DNA of 64,000 nt, taken from assembly GCA_025558095.1 (NCBI GenBank), contig JAIVFI010000044.1:62001-126000 (forward strand). The letters run 5' to 3'. The notes under the pieces are model-generated. The model was not told where the DNA came from, did no database searches, and saw only the letters and a program-made list of their open reading frames with translations. Source of the DNA: Hyaloraphidium curvatum SAG 235-1. Lineage: Eukaryota; Fungi; Monoblepharomycota. Shown one piece after another: positions 36,542-52,660 of the stretch. Numbering within the stretch: position 1 is the first letter of the stretch; each line of letters opens with the position of its first letter. The position numbers and the translations under genes were made by a program.

Positions 36542-37390
36542 TTCCTACTCGTCTCCACGGACCAGCTGCATGGAGGCGGTCTCGTTTGTCGTCAGAGGGC
36601 TCGACCGGACGGCTTGGACAACGCGGGGAGGACGTGGCTGGGAACTCGGCGATATCACTTCAACAGGGCTTTTCTACTCGACGCCTTTGGTTCCCCTCAG
36701 TGTCCAATGATCTTCAGGTGTCGGAATCACCAAGTGCCGTGCTTGCGGGTGTCCACCATCGCCTCTCCCGTCGCGTCGTTCTGGAGCCGCATTCAAAATC
36801 GAGCAGCGAAGAAAAGACTTGTCGGCACACATACCTTCCACGCCTTCTAATCAGCGTCCTGGACTTCGTGCTCGAAGCTGTGGGGATCTGCCACGATCGC
36901 AACGTCATGTCAGATCAGCTGATGAAGTTTCCAGTCCATAGCTTTCCCACCATCGTCCTTCGTTTCGTCCTTCTGCTTTCCGCCGTGCACTTCTTCCACT
37001 GTCATCCGTTCGCCCTCTTTGGCTGCTCCTCCAAGCTGCGATCCGGGTAGAGTCAACGACGGGGTGTTCGCGGCCTCTTTGCGCTTGGAGCCGTGCGCTG
37101 GCGGTCTTGCTGCCTTCGGCCGGCACGGTCTCGCCGGTCAGCAGTGCGTCCTCGGGGATTGCTGGTCCGGACATGTCTTGAACGCCCGTCTGGTTGTTCG
37201 GATTGTCTCTCAGGTCCTTCGGTACGAGTCGACGGTTTTGGTGCTGACGTGGCTCCTCCGCTTCCGAACTCCTTCGCAAAACTCCGTCATTCAAATTGCT
37301 CGCACGTCTACCAGCAGAGAGCTCCGTTAGTAAGAACTCTTTCGAAAGAGCGGTTTGACGCCGCTGCTAATGCTGCTCCCGCAGAAAGTC

Positions 37391-37892
37391 ATGAGCAGCA
37401 ACCAAGACCCCGAGCGGCCCGCCGGCACCTCCAACACGACCCAACCTCCCGGAGGCACCACCGGCTCAACCGTCGCCGAAACCTCTCCCGTCTCGCGCGA
37501 AGCCGGCCGCCTCATGTCGTCCCGCGCCGCGCACGTCGACGCCATGCGCACGGAGCACCAGGGCGAGAAGGGCGACCCCGGCGTCGAGAAGCCGATTGAC
37601 GAGGCGCAGCAGGGGGTGTTGGAGGGGGAGAGGTTCGGGAGGAACGTGCAGTTTCAGCAGGCGGGGAGTGGGGAGGGCGCTTGGAGTGGGTGGATAGGGC
37701 TGTTGGCCGGACATGGAAGAACGCTATCTCACCTCGTCTCGGACACCCACAGAACCCTCAGGCTACGAGATGGATCCGGATCTCAAGAAGGTGGAACGCG
37801 ACGCCGCGTCCGAGATTGGCCAATCGGCGCACAACCTCAAGGAACCCGGGGCCGCCTCGCGCGAAGAGCTCAAGCGCAGCAAGACCAGCTGA
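37391..37892 (+). CDS. Small hydrophilic hypothetical protein (hydrophilin-like), 2 exons
   Basis: MSSNQDPERPAG...GEGAW|KPSGYEMDPDLKK...SKTS* through intron 37686-37752 (GTGGGT..CACAG); rich in G/E/Q/S/T. Confidence 0.6.
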
Positions 37893-38025
37893 ACACGGCA
37901 CCAGGACACCATTGGTAGCGAGCAAGGGACCATGTAGCTCGTAGAAGGGCGGAAGGCAGACATATATGCGAATCCATCAGCGAACACGGAACCGTCAGGC
38001 CTGTTCTGCCAGGGAAGAAGCAGAG

Positions 38026-39882
38026 TCATCGGCGCTTCTTGCCCTTTCCCTTCGTCCCCCGCTCGGCTTCTATCGCAGCAGCAGCGGCGGCCGCCGCCGC
38101 AACGTTGACCGGCACCGCGTGTCCGGTCGCCTTGACGTGCGCAAACATCTTGCTCCGCGAGGAAAACGCGGCGCGGCACACAAGGCACACGACGGGCTGC
38201 TCCGCGCCTTCGCCGTCCGGCACCGGAGCGGGCACCGCCGGCGCTGCCTCCTTATCCTTGTCCTTCCGTCGCCGGGGCTTGCGCTGCTTCCCGCTCGGCG
38301 CTTCCTCCTCTGGGTCCGGGTCCGGTTCCGCGGCCCGCGAGAGGTCCAGCCCGCCCATCCCGAGGTCCCCTTCGGAGCCGGAAGAGCCGAGGCCGGCGTA
38401 ATCGGTGCGCTGTCCGCGGCGCCGGGCGGCCTTCTTGGCCTTTCCCTTTGGCCGAGGTGCGGATTTGGGGCCGGGGAGGTCCGACAGCTCGTCCTCCGAA
38501 ACCAGGGCCGGGGCGGGCTGCGCGGGCGTCGGCGGGGAAGGCGCGCCGGAGCGGCGGCGCCGGAGGGATGTGGGAGGCGGTGTGTCCGCGTCCGAGTCGG
38601 AAGGCTCGGGTTCCGGTTCCCTGTACCCCGTCGCCGACCCGTTAGTCGGCTTCGGCTTCGCGCTTTTAAGCTCCCGCTCCTCGCGCTCGATCTCCCGGCG
38701 GAGCTTCTCCACGTTCTGCCTGTGCTTCTTGGACCGCTCGTGGTTGGTGAAGGAGGCGCCGTTAGCGAAGCGCTTGTTGCACGCGGGGCAGTAGAGCTCG
38801 TCCATCTCGAGCTCCAGGTCGTCCTCGTCGCTGTCGGCAGCCTCCGCGGCCGCTTCGACGAAGTCCTCGTCGTCGTCGACGTCGACCTCCCGCGCGTCGA
38901 CGTAGGAGTCCGGATCGGCGTCGGCGTTCTCATCAGCCTCAGCATCCTCCTCGAGGTCGTCCTCGTCCGTGACCTCCTCTTCCGTCTCGTCGTCCCCAGC
39001 CTCGTCGTGGCTCAGGTCCTCCACAGCCCTGGTCGGTACCGCCCACTCTGGCGGCTTCCACTCCTTTGCCTTCTCCGCCTTTTCCCTGCGCTCCTGCCGC
39101 ACGCGCTCCTTCTCCTCCTCCATCTTGCGCAGCCTCTCCCGCTCCTGCTCCTCGACCATGGTCTTGTACCGCGGGTCCCGGCGCCGCACATACGCCGCCA
39201 GCGACCGCACGGCGTCGACGTAGGCGGAGCGCTCCTTGGACCGGAGCTTGGCGTTCTCGCGGACCATGATCCTCCGGATCCGGCGGTCCGGCGCGTCGCG
39301 GGTCCGGTACTTGTCGCACCAGGCGAACTTCTTGGCCGTGACAAAGGAGGCGAAGCGCGTGTAGAACGACGCGGGGTACGAGTCGGAGGAAGTGCCGAAG
39401 GAGGTCCGGGGGAAGTCGTAGTCGGAGCTGCCCTCGGACTCCTCGTCCGACGACGTCCGCCCGCGGGCCCGCCTGGCCGCCCGGGCCGACAGTTCTTCCT
39501 CGTCGATCTTTGCGAAAAGCGCCCCGTAGACGGCGTAGAAGCCGTTGCGCCCCTCCATGCCCGTGTAGCACGCCGGTGAGAAGAACCGCATGAGGTCCGC
39601 CGCGGTCAGCCCGGCTCCCTCGGGCGGCACGCCTCCGCCCCCGCTTCCGCCACGCGAGATTTCATCCCGATGGTCGTCGTACCACCGCCGCTCGCGCTCG
39701 TCCGAGAGCACCTCGTACGCCTCCTGCAGCTGCTTGAACCGCTCCGTCGCCGCGGCGAGCTGCGCCGCGCCCGACCCGGCATGTTTGTCCGGGTGCCACA
39801 GCAGCGCCTGCCGCCGATACGCAGCTTTGATATCCGCCGCGCTGGCGTCGCGCTCGACGGACAGGAGCGCGTAATAGTCCAT
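38026..39882 (-). CDS. JJJ1: J-domain co-chaperone with two C2H2 zinc fingers (Jjj1/DNAJC21)
   Basis: DYYALL...WHPDK...AYEVLSD..ERRWYD, RRRDPRY, LYCPACNKRF...NHERSKKH, CLVCRAAFSSRSKMFAHVKATGH. Confidence 0.93.
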   Translation of the reverse strand: MDYYALLSVERDASAADIKAAYRRQALLWHPDKHAGSGAAQLAAATERFKQLQEAYEVLSDERERRWYDDHRDEISRGGSGGGGVPPEGAGLTAADLMRFFSPACYTGMEGRNGFYAVYGALFAKIDEEELSARAARRARGRTSSDEESEGSSDYDFPRTSFGTSSDSYPASFYTRFASFVTAKKFAWCDKYRTRDAPDRRIRRIMVRENAKLRSKERSAYVDAVRSLAAYVRRRDPRYKTMVEEQERERLRKMEEEKERVRQERREKAEKAKEWKPPEWAVPTRAVEDLSHDEAGDDETEEEVTDEDDLEEDAEADENADADPDSYVDAREVDVDDDEDFVEAAAEAADSDEDDLELEMDELYCPACNKRFANGASFTNHERSKKHRQNVEKLRREIEREERELKSAKPKPTNGSATGYREPEPEPSDSDADTPPPTSLRRRRSGAPSPPTPAQPAPALVSEDELSDLPGPKSAPRPKGKAKKAARRRGQRTDYAGLGSSGSEGDLGMGGLDLSRAAEPDPDPEEEAPSGKQRKPRRRKDKDKEAAPAVPAPVPDGEGAEQPVVCLVCRAAFSSRSKMFAHVKATGHAVPVNVAAAAAAAAAIEAERGTKGKGKKRR

Positions 39883-40027
39883 TGTTTACGCCAAGCGTCG
39901 CAGTGGTCCTAGCAGCGGATGCCAAAAGTGAGGCGGCCCAATCTAAAGCCGTTGCCACTTCATTCAGGACCCTCGTTGATCTACAAGAACTAAGGGCCCA
40001 AGCAAGGCAAAGCTCTACTCCACAGCA

Positions 40028-43516
<3,489 letters not shown>

Positions 43517-43665
43517 GGCGGCTACCCTTGTTGAGGCTCGACGCGATCGCGTGGCACATACGATCGCGCCGGAAATACAACTGTCTCCCGGCCCGCTTCG
43601 CTTCCGTTCCGCCAGCGCAACCTCAGCCATCGAGCTCCGCGCCGCAGACGTCGCACGAAGTCGCG

Positions 43666-44651
43666 ATGCCCGGCCACATCGCCTCGGATCGGGACCACAT
43701 GCTCGAGTTCGCCCGGCATGCCGCGGAGGTCTCCAAAGCGAAAAGCGCCGGCCACGTTTCCCTCTCCCACGGCGTGGAAGGCAACTGGGCTGCCGCTCCG
43801 TATTTCATGACGAACAGCTTCATGACGACGCGTCCGCTGTCGAACGACCAGTTTGCCCAAGCCTGCGCTGAGGTCACGGCGGACGCCGCCAAGCGCCAAG
43901 AGGCTCTGGGCTCCGCCTTCCGGGCGCGCTGGTTGTTCCAGGTCTTCGAGGGCGACCTGCAGGACGCCGACGCTGCCGTCGAGATCGCCATGAAGAACGG
44001 GCTGGCGCTCACCTCGCGCTCGCGGATCATGGCGACGGACGTCTCGCTGCTCGTCCCGCCCGCGCATCCGGCGCCGGAGATGGAGCGCCGTAGGATAGTG
44101 ACCGAGGCCGATGCGGCGGAGGCGGTCGCGCTCAACTACGCCGCGTACGGAGCTCCCGCAGCCCCCCGGGATGCCGAGCTCACCGCGGCGTCCGGGATGT
44201 ATCGCTCGTCGCCAACGACCGACTTTGGCTGGCTGGCTGTCGTCGACGGGAAGCCCGTGGCCACGTGCCAGTGAGCTGCACCTCGAGCGTACATGTTCCA
44301 CAGCCGATCTTACGCCCATTTCCCAGAATCCTCGTCCAGGACGGGTGGCTTTATGTGACCGAGGTGGCCACCGACCCCTCCCCTGCCCACCGCGGCAAAG
44401 GCTACGCCGAGCACCTCCTCCGCCACGCCCTGCTTACCGCCCGCGCCGAGACCGGCCTCACCCGCACCGCCTTGGATGCCTCGCAGCCGGGTGCGCCGAT
44501 CTACGCGCGCATGGGGTACGCGTTCACGGGGGGGTGCTGGATGGCGTTCGTCGCCGCGAGGAGCGAGAAGGGGAGGGAGGCGACGCGGAAAGATGAGGTG
44601 CAGGCCGAGGAGGAGTACAGGAAGCGGATGAAGAGGATTGGGAGACTTTGA
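43666..44651 (+). CDS. GNAT-family acetyltransferase, 2 exons
   Basis: LYVTEVATDPSPAHRGKGYA (motif A), LDASQPGAPIYARMGY. Confidence 0.85.
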
Positions 44652-44741
44652 TCGCGCGCCGGCGGCGAGTTCTTCGCGAGATAGGGTGTGGCCCCCTGCT
44701 ACGTTTCCATTTTCGCTCGACAATACACATCTTTCGAGTAC

Positions 44742-45576
44742 TCATAGGCGGTACTCGGTGTCCGGCGGGATCGGGAATTCGTCGACATTCAAGCACATTG
44801 ACACCCAGCTGATGTGAGATGATCAGTACCCGATGCGGGCCACTCCGCGGATGCTCACGTGTAGTAGCTCATGACCCCCATGAGCTCCACCGCCCCCCTC
44901 TCGCCGAGCAGCTCCCTGACCTTGAGCCACGTCGCCTGGTCCACCCTCTTCCTCTCCGAATGGTAGAGCTGCCTGCAGAACGCGTAGATGGCGTTCTGGT
45001 CAGCGGTCATGGCTGCCACGGGCGGCGGCAGGTTCTTGCGGATGGCGTCACATCCCTCCTTGGACAGGCCGGCGTGGATCGCAGGGAGCTCGTGGGCATA
45101 CCATTCGAAGTCCGAGTTGAAGAAGCGGGCGGTGACTAGGATGCCGATCTTGGGAAGGAGGGTGAGGGGACGGCTTGCGGGACGGAGGAGGAACGCACCT
45201 CCTTTGCCATGGGCGGGACCTCGCTCTTGAGGTTGAAGAACTGCAGCATGTCGACCATGACCTTGTTCATCCCCGGAGTGCGGTGCCACGGGTTGCTCGG
45301 CCCGACGCGGAGCACCCTGTCGCCCAGGGCGTTCGCCAGCTCCTTCTGGTCCTCGGCCAGGCTGTCGTCCTCCGCGGGCGTCAGCGCAGGGAACCGCTTT
45401 CCCTCCGCGCGACGCCCATTGGGGCCCTTGTCCATGAAGAACGGGATCTTGGTGAGATCCCCGAGGATGCCGAAGAACTCGGTGTTGTACTTGGCCAGCT
45501 CGGCCTCGGTGGGCTTGAGCTTGGGCGCGGGGAGGTTGGCACGGTACTCCTTGCTCCAGGCAGATTCGGAGCCCAT
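44742..45576 (-). CDS. Carboxymuconolactone decarboxylase/AhpD-like family protein, 3 exons
   Basis: KEIGILVTARFFNSDFEWYAHE.PA..AGL, VDQATW..VRELLGERGAVELMGVMSYYT|WVSMCLNV. Confidence 0.8.
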
Positions 45577-45892
45577 CGTGGCGTTTCCTCAATGGAATGA
45601 AGGTCCTTGGTGGACGAAGATTCGCCTTCTGCCCTCGCGAGAGGACAAAGATGTGCCCGGAATCGGAGGGGAGACAGACGCGGGGGAACAAACGCCGGCG
45701 ACAATCTCCCGACGCGAGTCCTCCCGGCAGCGCAGGCAACGAGCGCGAAAGAACGCGTTCGATCTCCCTTTAGGCAAAGAGAGAGCCTGAAGAGACCGGC
45801 GGGCGCTCGAGACTATTGGCGGAGAGACCCTTTGCCACGCGCGCGTTCCTTTCGTCGTCCCGCCGACGGCAAAGTGCGGATCCAAACACGCG

Positions 45893-47337
45893 ATGGCCCA
45901 CGAAACAGGCGTCCAGGGCGCACAGGGCGGGGCGTCCGCCGATCTCGGAGTGCCCGGCGTCAGCGGCCACGGTGAGGCACGGCCCTTTCCCGCCCGGAGA
46001 GCCCTCTGACGCGGGATCCGGGTAAACAAGTCTACACGACCTCGTCGAGCCTTCCCTTCTCGGTGGAGAAGGAATGGTACCTGTGCTACGCCGACAGCTG
46101 CACCGTGGACGACCTTTTCGTCGGGATGATCGACAAGGTGGCCCCCGCCGCGGCCTCTGGAACGTTCGGGCGGGCTGACGGGATCGCGGACAGGTCGGGC
46201 AGTGCGTGACCCCCCTGACGACCATGCTGGGCCTCAAGCCGACCCCAAGTACGTTGTCCGTCCTTCGCTGTCGGCGATGTCCCGCGCTGAGTCGGATTCC
46301 CACAGTGATGGTCACGCGGGATTTCCGACTCCAGCTCCACCCGTCCATGGTCGCGCAGGGCTCCAAGACCATGATACCGGGAGCGGGCGACCACCTCTGG
46401 TTCCGCATGTACATGCTTGACGTCAGTAAGGCCTACATCAAGTGCGAGTTTGAGTTCCGGTTGGTCGGGGACCTGGACTGGGCCAAGTTGGTTTCCCGCG
46501 GGCAGTCGCTCGCGGCCCGATGACTGATTGCCCTCCCTTTCCAGGTGGGCAGAGAGAGACATTGCCGGCGGGAGGGCCAGCTGGGGCTCCGGCGTCGACC
46601 GCCGGCCAGGGATTCCCGTCGCCGCCGGCGTCGTCGGCTACGTGAGCATCCTTTTCGTCGTCAATGTTTGCCAGCTTCTCATATCCTCCCAGATGGTCGT
46701 CGTCCGGGATCCCAAAACCCACCGCCTCCGCGCCGCCCCCCCGGACCTCCTCCCCGTCGCCGAGTGGACCCGCCGCGGCATCTTCCACAGCTCCATCCTC
46801 GCGGGCGACATGCTGGACGGGGAGCAGGCGTACAAGTGGCTGCTGCACAGCACCGAGGCGGACGGGTTCGCGGCGGAGGAGGTGGTGCCGGGAGACAGGT
46901 GGGAGGCGCTCCCAGAGTACGAGTGGAGATCGCGGAGGACGGACAACGACAGTTTGGGGCACACGACGGTGCACCGGTGGGATTCGTTATCTGTGGTGCG
47001 GATCGGTTCTGATTCCTCGCTGCCAGCCGGGTGCTGCCCTTTTTCGACGCCTGCTACGCGCTCCTGCCGAAACAGCGGGTCGCCGGCATGTGGTTCGAGT
47101 GCGTTTCGCCCCCGCTTCCTGTCCGAACTCGGCTGACGGCGCCCTGCCAGGTGCAAGACCGAGATCCTCCCGGACCAGGACTGCACCATCCGCGGCGTCC
47201 ACATCCCCGGCGCCGACGGCCGCGCGCGCTTCCTCCTCGACAACGGCGGCGGCCCTGGCCGGCTGAACCGGTGCGGCGTCTGGCTCGTGGACCGGGCGAG
47301 GGTGCGGCTCAAGAGCGCGGGGGGCGGGCCGGCGTGA
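45893..47337 (+). CDS. Multi-exon hypothetical protein, possibly a double hot-dog thioesterase-like fold
   Basis: Exons with host codon usage; WRSRRTDNDSLGHT resembles the RxxDxDxxGH hot-dog motif. Exon structure only partly resolved. Confidence 0.45.
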
Positions 47338-47440
47338 GGCGGTTGGACAGGCATCAGCAATCAGAATAGACTACATTTCGCGACTCGTTCCGCGACGACT
47401 CCACTTGCGCCGATCGGCATCCAATTTTCGCACCCTTGGA

Positions 47441-49608
47441 TCACGGGCTCAGCAGCGCCTTCGGGGGCACCTGCACCCGCGGCGACTCGGGCACCTCCTC
47501 CTCCTCCTTGACCCCCTCCACGGCGACCTCCCCCTTTTCCAGCAGGTCGTCTTGGCTCCGATCGGTTTGGAGCGGGTGCATCGCCTTCCAACGCTTCTGG
47601 AAGTGGAACGGCCCGTTCGGCCCGCAGTATTGCGGGTACCGCCACTCGATGAAGTAGGTGATGCAGAGCATGACGCTGCGTTTGCCAAACGTGGGAACAA
47701 TCAGCCCACCGATGCATCCGCGGAACGCGCGGAGGGAAACCCACATCACCGCCCCGCACATGGCCGCGCTCACGGCGAACGCCTGCTGGTATAGCGGCGC
47801 GTCCTGCTGCCTGTACAGCTGCGGCCCGATGATGCTGCCGAACTGCCCGAACATGATGGGGATGGAGGAGGCGAGGGCGGTGTAGGTGGTCCCGTAGATG
47901 GTGTCGGTGCGCCTGCAATCCCGGGTTTCAGTCCGCTGCTGCTTCCAAGACGTGGAGCCGAAACCCACCACGCCATGGTGATCGGTGCCAGTGGCGAGAT
48001 GCCCGTCAGCCCGAGGAACAACAGGAACAGCTTCACGCCGGGCAACCCGGGCCCGATGACGGAGAACACGGTGTAGGCGACCATTGGGAAGCACACGATG
48101 GCGACGAGGTGGAAGAACCGGTCGTGGAAGCGGTCCGACGACCAACCCCAGAACAGGAGGGTGATGACGCCCCATGTGCCCAGCGGGGCGCTCATGGCGA
48201 TGGCCTTGGTAGAGGTGAAGCCGAGGTTGGTCAGGATGATGGGCTGCCGAATCGCGGTCAGTTTGGAAGCCTTGGCAGGCGTGGAGACAACCCACGTAGT
48301 AAGCCACCAGCCCCGACGTCACCGCCCCCGAAAACAGCTTCGCAATAGCAAAGGTGTACGTGAACGGGTTCCTCGCCGCGTCCTTGACTTGCGCCCACAC
48401 CCACGTCCTCCCCCTCGGATCCGAAACGCTGTCCCCCTGCAGCCTCCACTCCATGAACTGCCTCTCCGTCCTTGTCATCCACCCCCTGCACGTGTGCGGG
48501 TAGTCGGGCAGGCACGTCCACGAGCCGATGCCGATGAGGATGGAGAACAGGCCCTCGAGGAGGAAGAGCCACTGCCATCCGTACAGGCCGCCGATCCCGT
48601 TCATCTGGATGATGCCCGTGGCGAGCAGGCCGCCGATGATGGTTGCCACGGAGCCCGCGACGAAGAAGCCGGCGACCCGGCGGCCGCGCTCGGAGCGCTT
48701 GTACCAGAACTGGAAGGGGACGGGGTGCGGTGAGGCGAGGTGATCAATCGGGTGCCAGCGAGGCAACCCACGGTGAAGTAGTACAGCACGCCCGGGATCA
48801 GCCCCGCCTCGCACACGCCGAGGAAGAACCGCGTCGCCAGCAGCCCCCCGTAGTTGGTGATGGCCGCCATGCACGCGAAGACGATCCCCCAGGAGACGCA
48901 GATGCGCGCGAGCCATTTCGAGGGGCTGGCCCACTTGAGCACGATGTTGCTGGGGATTTCGAAGATGATGTAGCCGAAGAGGAAGATGGATTGGGCCCTG
49001 GAGGGGGGAGGCGGGTCGGTCAGATCCTGGGTAGACTACCCGTGAAGGTGGTTGTGATTACCAGTTGTATTGGTCTGCCAGCGGGGGTCAGTCAGGTGTT
49101 CCGTCCGCAAGCACAAGGCACAAAATGCCCACCGGTGGTCAGGTTCAGCGTCTGCAGCAGCGAGTTGCCGCTCTCGCGGTTGGCCACTGCGGCGAACGAG
49201 AGGGCCGAGCGGTCGAAGGTGTTGACCAGGAAGAGGAAGAACACGGCGGGCATGATCCGCCAGTCGGCGCGCCGCACGAGGGCCCTCTCGATCTTGGCCA
49301 GCTCCCTGCGAAGCCGTGCGGGAGAGGATCGGCGATCAGCGTCGGGCGGTGCGGGCTTCGCAGGGGACCCACTCGGGGGCCGCCCCCGCCAGCTCGGCGG
49401 GCAGCGCGACCTTGCCGTCGGCGTCCTTCGGGTACGACTCGTCGGGCTCGTCGGTGCGGCCGCCGACGATGCGGCGCCACGTCCAGCGCGCGGGCGCCGG
49501 TGCGGGCTCCGCAGGAGGGTTGTACGGCGGCGGCGGCGAGGGCGTTTCAGCGCGCGCGGGGGCAGCGCCCGCCGCGGCGGCCTTCACGTCGGCGACGCCG
49601 GGCTCCAT
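47441..49608 (-). CDS. MFS transporter, anion:cation symporter (Dal5/Tna1) family
   Basis: RRADWRIMP, FDRS.L, DQYNWAQSIFLFGYIIFEIPSN, RFFLGVCEAG..PG, WYKRSE, GWQWLFLLEG, LPDYP, IIGPQLY. Confidence 0.92.
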
Positions 49609-50423
49609 TGGCGCGGCACGCGGACGATTGGCGGCGGCGGATGGGGTGTTCCTGGACGAAGGCAGCGGATGGCTGATCGATCCGCGGCCTCAGCCCCGTC
49701 GAGCGTCTGGGCCGACGATCGTCTGACGTGACGTCGAATCAGCCGGACGGAGGGCCCTTCGCCGGCACTACTGTGGTGCTCCACAGCGTGTGGGAATGGG
49801 GCGAATGCTTCCGCAACGGCCGCCGGTGCCTATGCGCCCTGCCGGGACAGCGGGGGGCGAGGGCGCCTGGCCGCACCCGGGCGGGATCCGGCCGCTTCGG
49901 CCAAAATGGAGAGGTTGGGCAGCACCCATGCTATGGATTTGGGCAAAATCGCGCGGGACAGTGGTCTCCGACGGGCAGCGACCGTTCTTCGAAGATGGTC
50001 TCCAAGTGGGTCCGTCCCTTCCGCCGCTCCCGCGCGCAGGGGGTCCGGTCCGGCTCGGTCCGGCCCGGGCAGTCAACCGAATGACACCCTGAGCTAGATC
50101 AATGCGTTGAGAGTTGTCGTTGCTTGAATCGCGACGGGGAAAGCGGATTTTGGAAGATTCCTATGGAAAGCGGTCTGGAGCGGTCCAAAGTGACGTATCC
50201 GTCTCCCCACTCCAAGCGATCTGCACCCGATCCGCACGATTCACCCATGAACGTGACCGGCTGCCAATGTCCGCAATCAGACGCACCCCGGCGGAAGGTT
50301 ACCTCCGCTTCCCACGTTCGGCACTACGTTTCACGTTTCTGCTCCCTAGCCAACCAGCCACCTCTGCGGAGGTGCGGGCGCCTCACATCACTCGTCGGGC
50401 TCCGCAGCGCCGCTTCCCCCGCG

Positions 50424-52388
50424 ATGACCACAATGCGGCGCGCGCCGCCGCGCGCGCTTGACTTCTCCCCCGCCGAATGGGTCACCGTCTTCCCCGCGCC
50501 GTCGCCGGGCGTCGCCGTGTTCCCGTCGACGAAAGCCGATGCCGCGCCGCCCGACCCGGGCGCCGACCTGCGCAGGGCCGAGCCGCTGTCGCGCGCCAAC
50601 CTGCTGCGCGAGGCGCGGCGGTCGGGCTCCGGGCTGCTGTACGGCATGACGCGCCTGAACTTTTTCCTGAGCCCGTGGGCAAACAAGGTGCAGCTGCGCG
50701 TGCTGGGCTTCCACGTCTTCAACTTCGCCCTGCTCGCATTCGTGTGGGCGGTCAATGCGGCCGGCGGCAACCGGTACGGCACCCGGCAGCTGATAGCAGG
50801 TGGGTTGCCCCGACCGCCCCAGCTAAAGGTCGGCTGACCCCTTCCACCATTGTTTCCAGCCCTGATCAGCGCGGTCCTGGAGCTCCTCGGCCTCGTCCTC
50901 CTGCCCTTCCTCTTCTTCGGCCGCCTCCGCCAGCGCTTCAAGAAGCTCGGCTCGGGGGTCAACAACGTCCTGGACCAGCACTCGCTCGCCGGCTTCTGTC
51001 GGTGGCAGCAGCTCGTGCGCCGCGATAGCTTGTCGGAGATCCTGGTCGACGTGGATCTCGAGAAGGCGGGCGCGGCGGCCGGGCCCAAGTCCGACGCGGG
51101 CGCCGAGGAGGCCTCGGAACCGGTCCGAGACAGCGCATCCACCGCCGCGGACTCGGAGTCGTCCTCCGAACCCGCCTCCATGCCCCGCGAGCGGCACTCC
51201 TCCTCCTCCCGCACCGACGCCCCCTCCCACATTGATGACTCCCCCCCACTCGGCGTCTCCCCGCTCGACACCGCCCCCCGCAAGGCGGTCGACCTCCCCC
51301 CCACGGAGCCCTCGAAGCTCATCGAGCACCACAAGGGCGACTCCCTGTGCCCGTGCGCGCAGGACGGGTGCATGGGTCGCATCGGGCACCGGTACGCCAA
51401 CCTGAGGCTGTTCCAGATGTTCGTCACCCTGCCGACGCTCATCATGCGGAACCTGTTCCACTTTTACGCGGCGTTCGTGACCTTTGGGTACATCTTCTGG
51501 GGGCGGTGGTGGGGCGTGCTGCTCGGCATCGTGGCCAGTGGGTTGCTGCGTGCCGGGAGCACGCACGTTTGATCTCACCCGTCCGCCGTCCAGTCTTCGC
51601 CGTCCTGAACGACAACGTACCCACCATCCTCGGCCTCGTGCAGTGGACCAACGTCCGCCTCCTCGGCCTCTCCCGGCGGGTGCACCGCCGCGCCATGCTG
51701 CTCGCGCTCGACAGCTTCCTCGCGCGGTGCAAGCACGAGCTGCTCGCGTGCGACGGGGACGGCGACGGCGCGCATGCGATGCAGCCGGCGGAGCTGTACG
51801 TGCGGCTGCACGAGGAGCTGCTGGCGACCTGGAAGAGGGTGCTGCCGCCGCTGTCCATCATGGTGTCCAACTGGGTGCTGCAGCTGAGCGTGCTGCTGGC
51901 GGTGATCATCATCAACATCGTGGGTTCCCGTGCCGCGGTTGCGCGGGCCGTTGCCTGACCTTTGGCGCATCCAGACGATGGGCTCGTGCGTCCCGGCGTA
52001 CTGCTTCTTCACCGTCGCCAACTCCCTCATCCTCATTACCACGCACCTCGTCGACCAGTCCGTCGCCAACTCCCAGATCTCCGACATCACGGATCTGTAC
52101 CTGGACGCGCGCCGCGAGGTGCGCGGCATGGTCGTCCGCGGCGAATCGCTCCCCCGCACCGTTGCGCGGGACCGCCTCCTCGCGCGGCTGAGGGCGCACG
52201 AGAACCTGCTGGGCTCGTTCCTCGAGGTGCACCTGTACAAGAGCCGGCTGCTGGGGTTCGAGATCAACTTCACCTTCACCCGCAACTTCCTCGTCACCCT
52301 GTTCACCCTGACGATCGGCCTGTGGACGCTGCTGAGGGGGAGCAACATCCACGTGGTGCTGGAGAACGTGTGCCCGCCGATTGCGTAG
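50424..52388 (+). CDS. Unnamed 7-TM membrane protein, putative gustatory-receptor-like/7TMIC family, paralogue B (4 exons)
   Basis: Introns 50800-50859, 51538-51593, 51920-51974; LCPCAQDGC motif; C-terminal RLLGFEINFTFTRNFLVTLFTLTIGLWTLL. Homologous to 2416-3914. Confidence 0.82.
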
Positions 52389-52660
52389 GGGGTCGACGGG
52401 GCAGTGCGCCGCGTTGGTGGGGTGGCGGGGAGCTGGTGGGGTACCGATCCAGCGGGCCTTGGAAGCCCGCTTGGAAAAAGTGAAACGCGGCATGGAGGAG
52501 CGCCTGTACATCCTTCGACAGTAGACGATGCGCTCGGAAAGACGCCTCCACTCCCGCCTATGCGGCAGCATACATCTACTTCACCTGCAATGCTCCCACC
52601 CATCGTCCCGTGCAATGAGTCCACCCTTCTCCCGTGTTCTCAGTGCCGAGGCAGTGCCCG

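Noticed and set aside
36545-37380. Lower-GC stretch with short minus-strand ORFs
   Set aside because: No recognisable motif or consistent exon chain; may be UTR, promoter or a decayed sequence.
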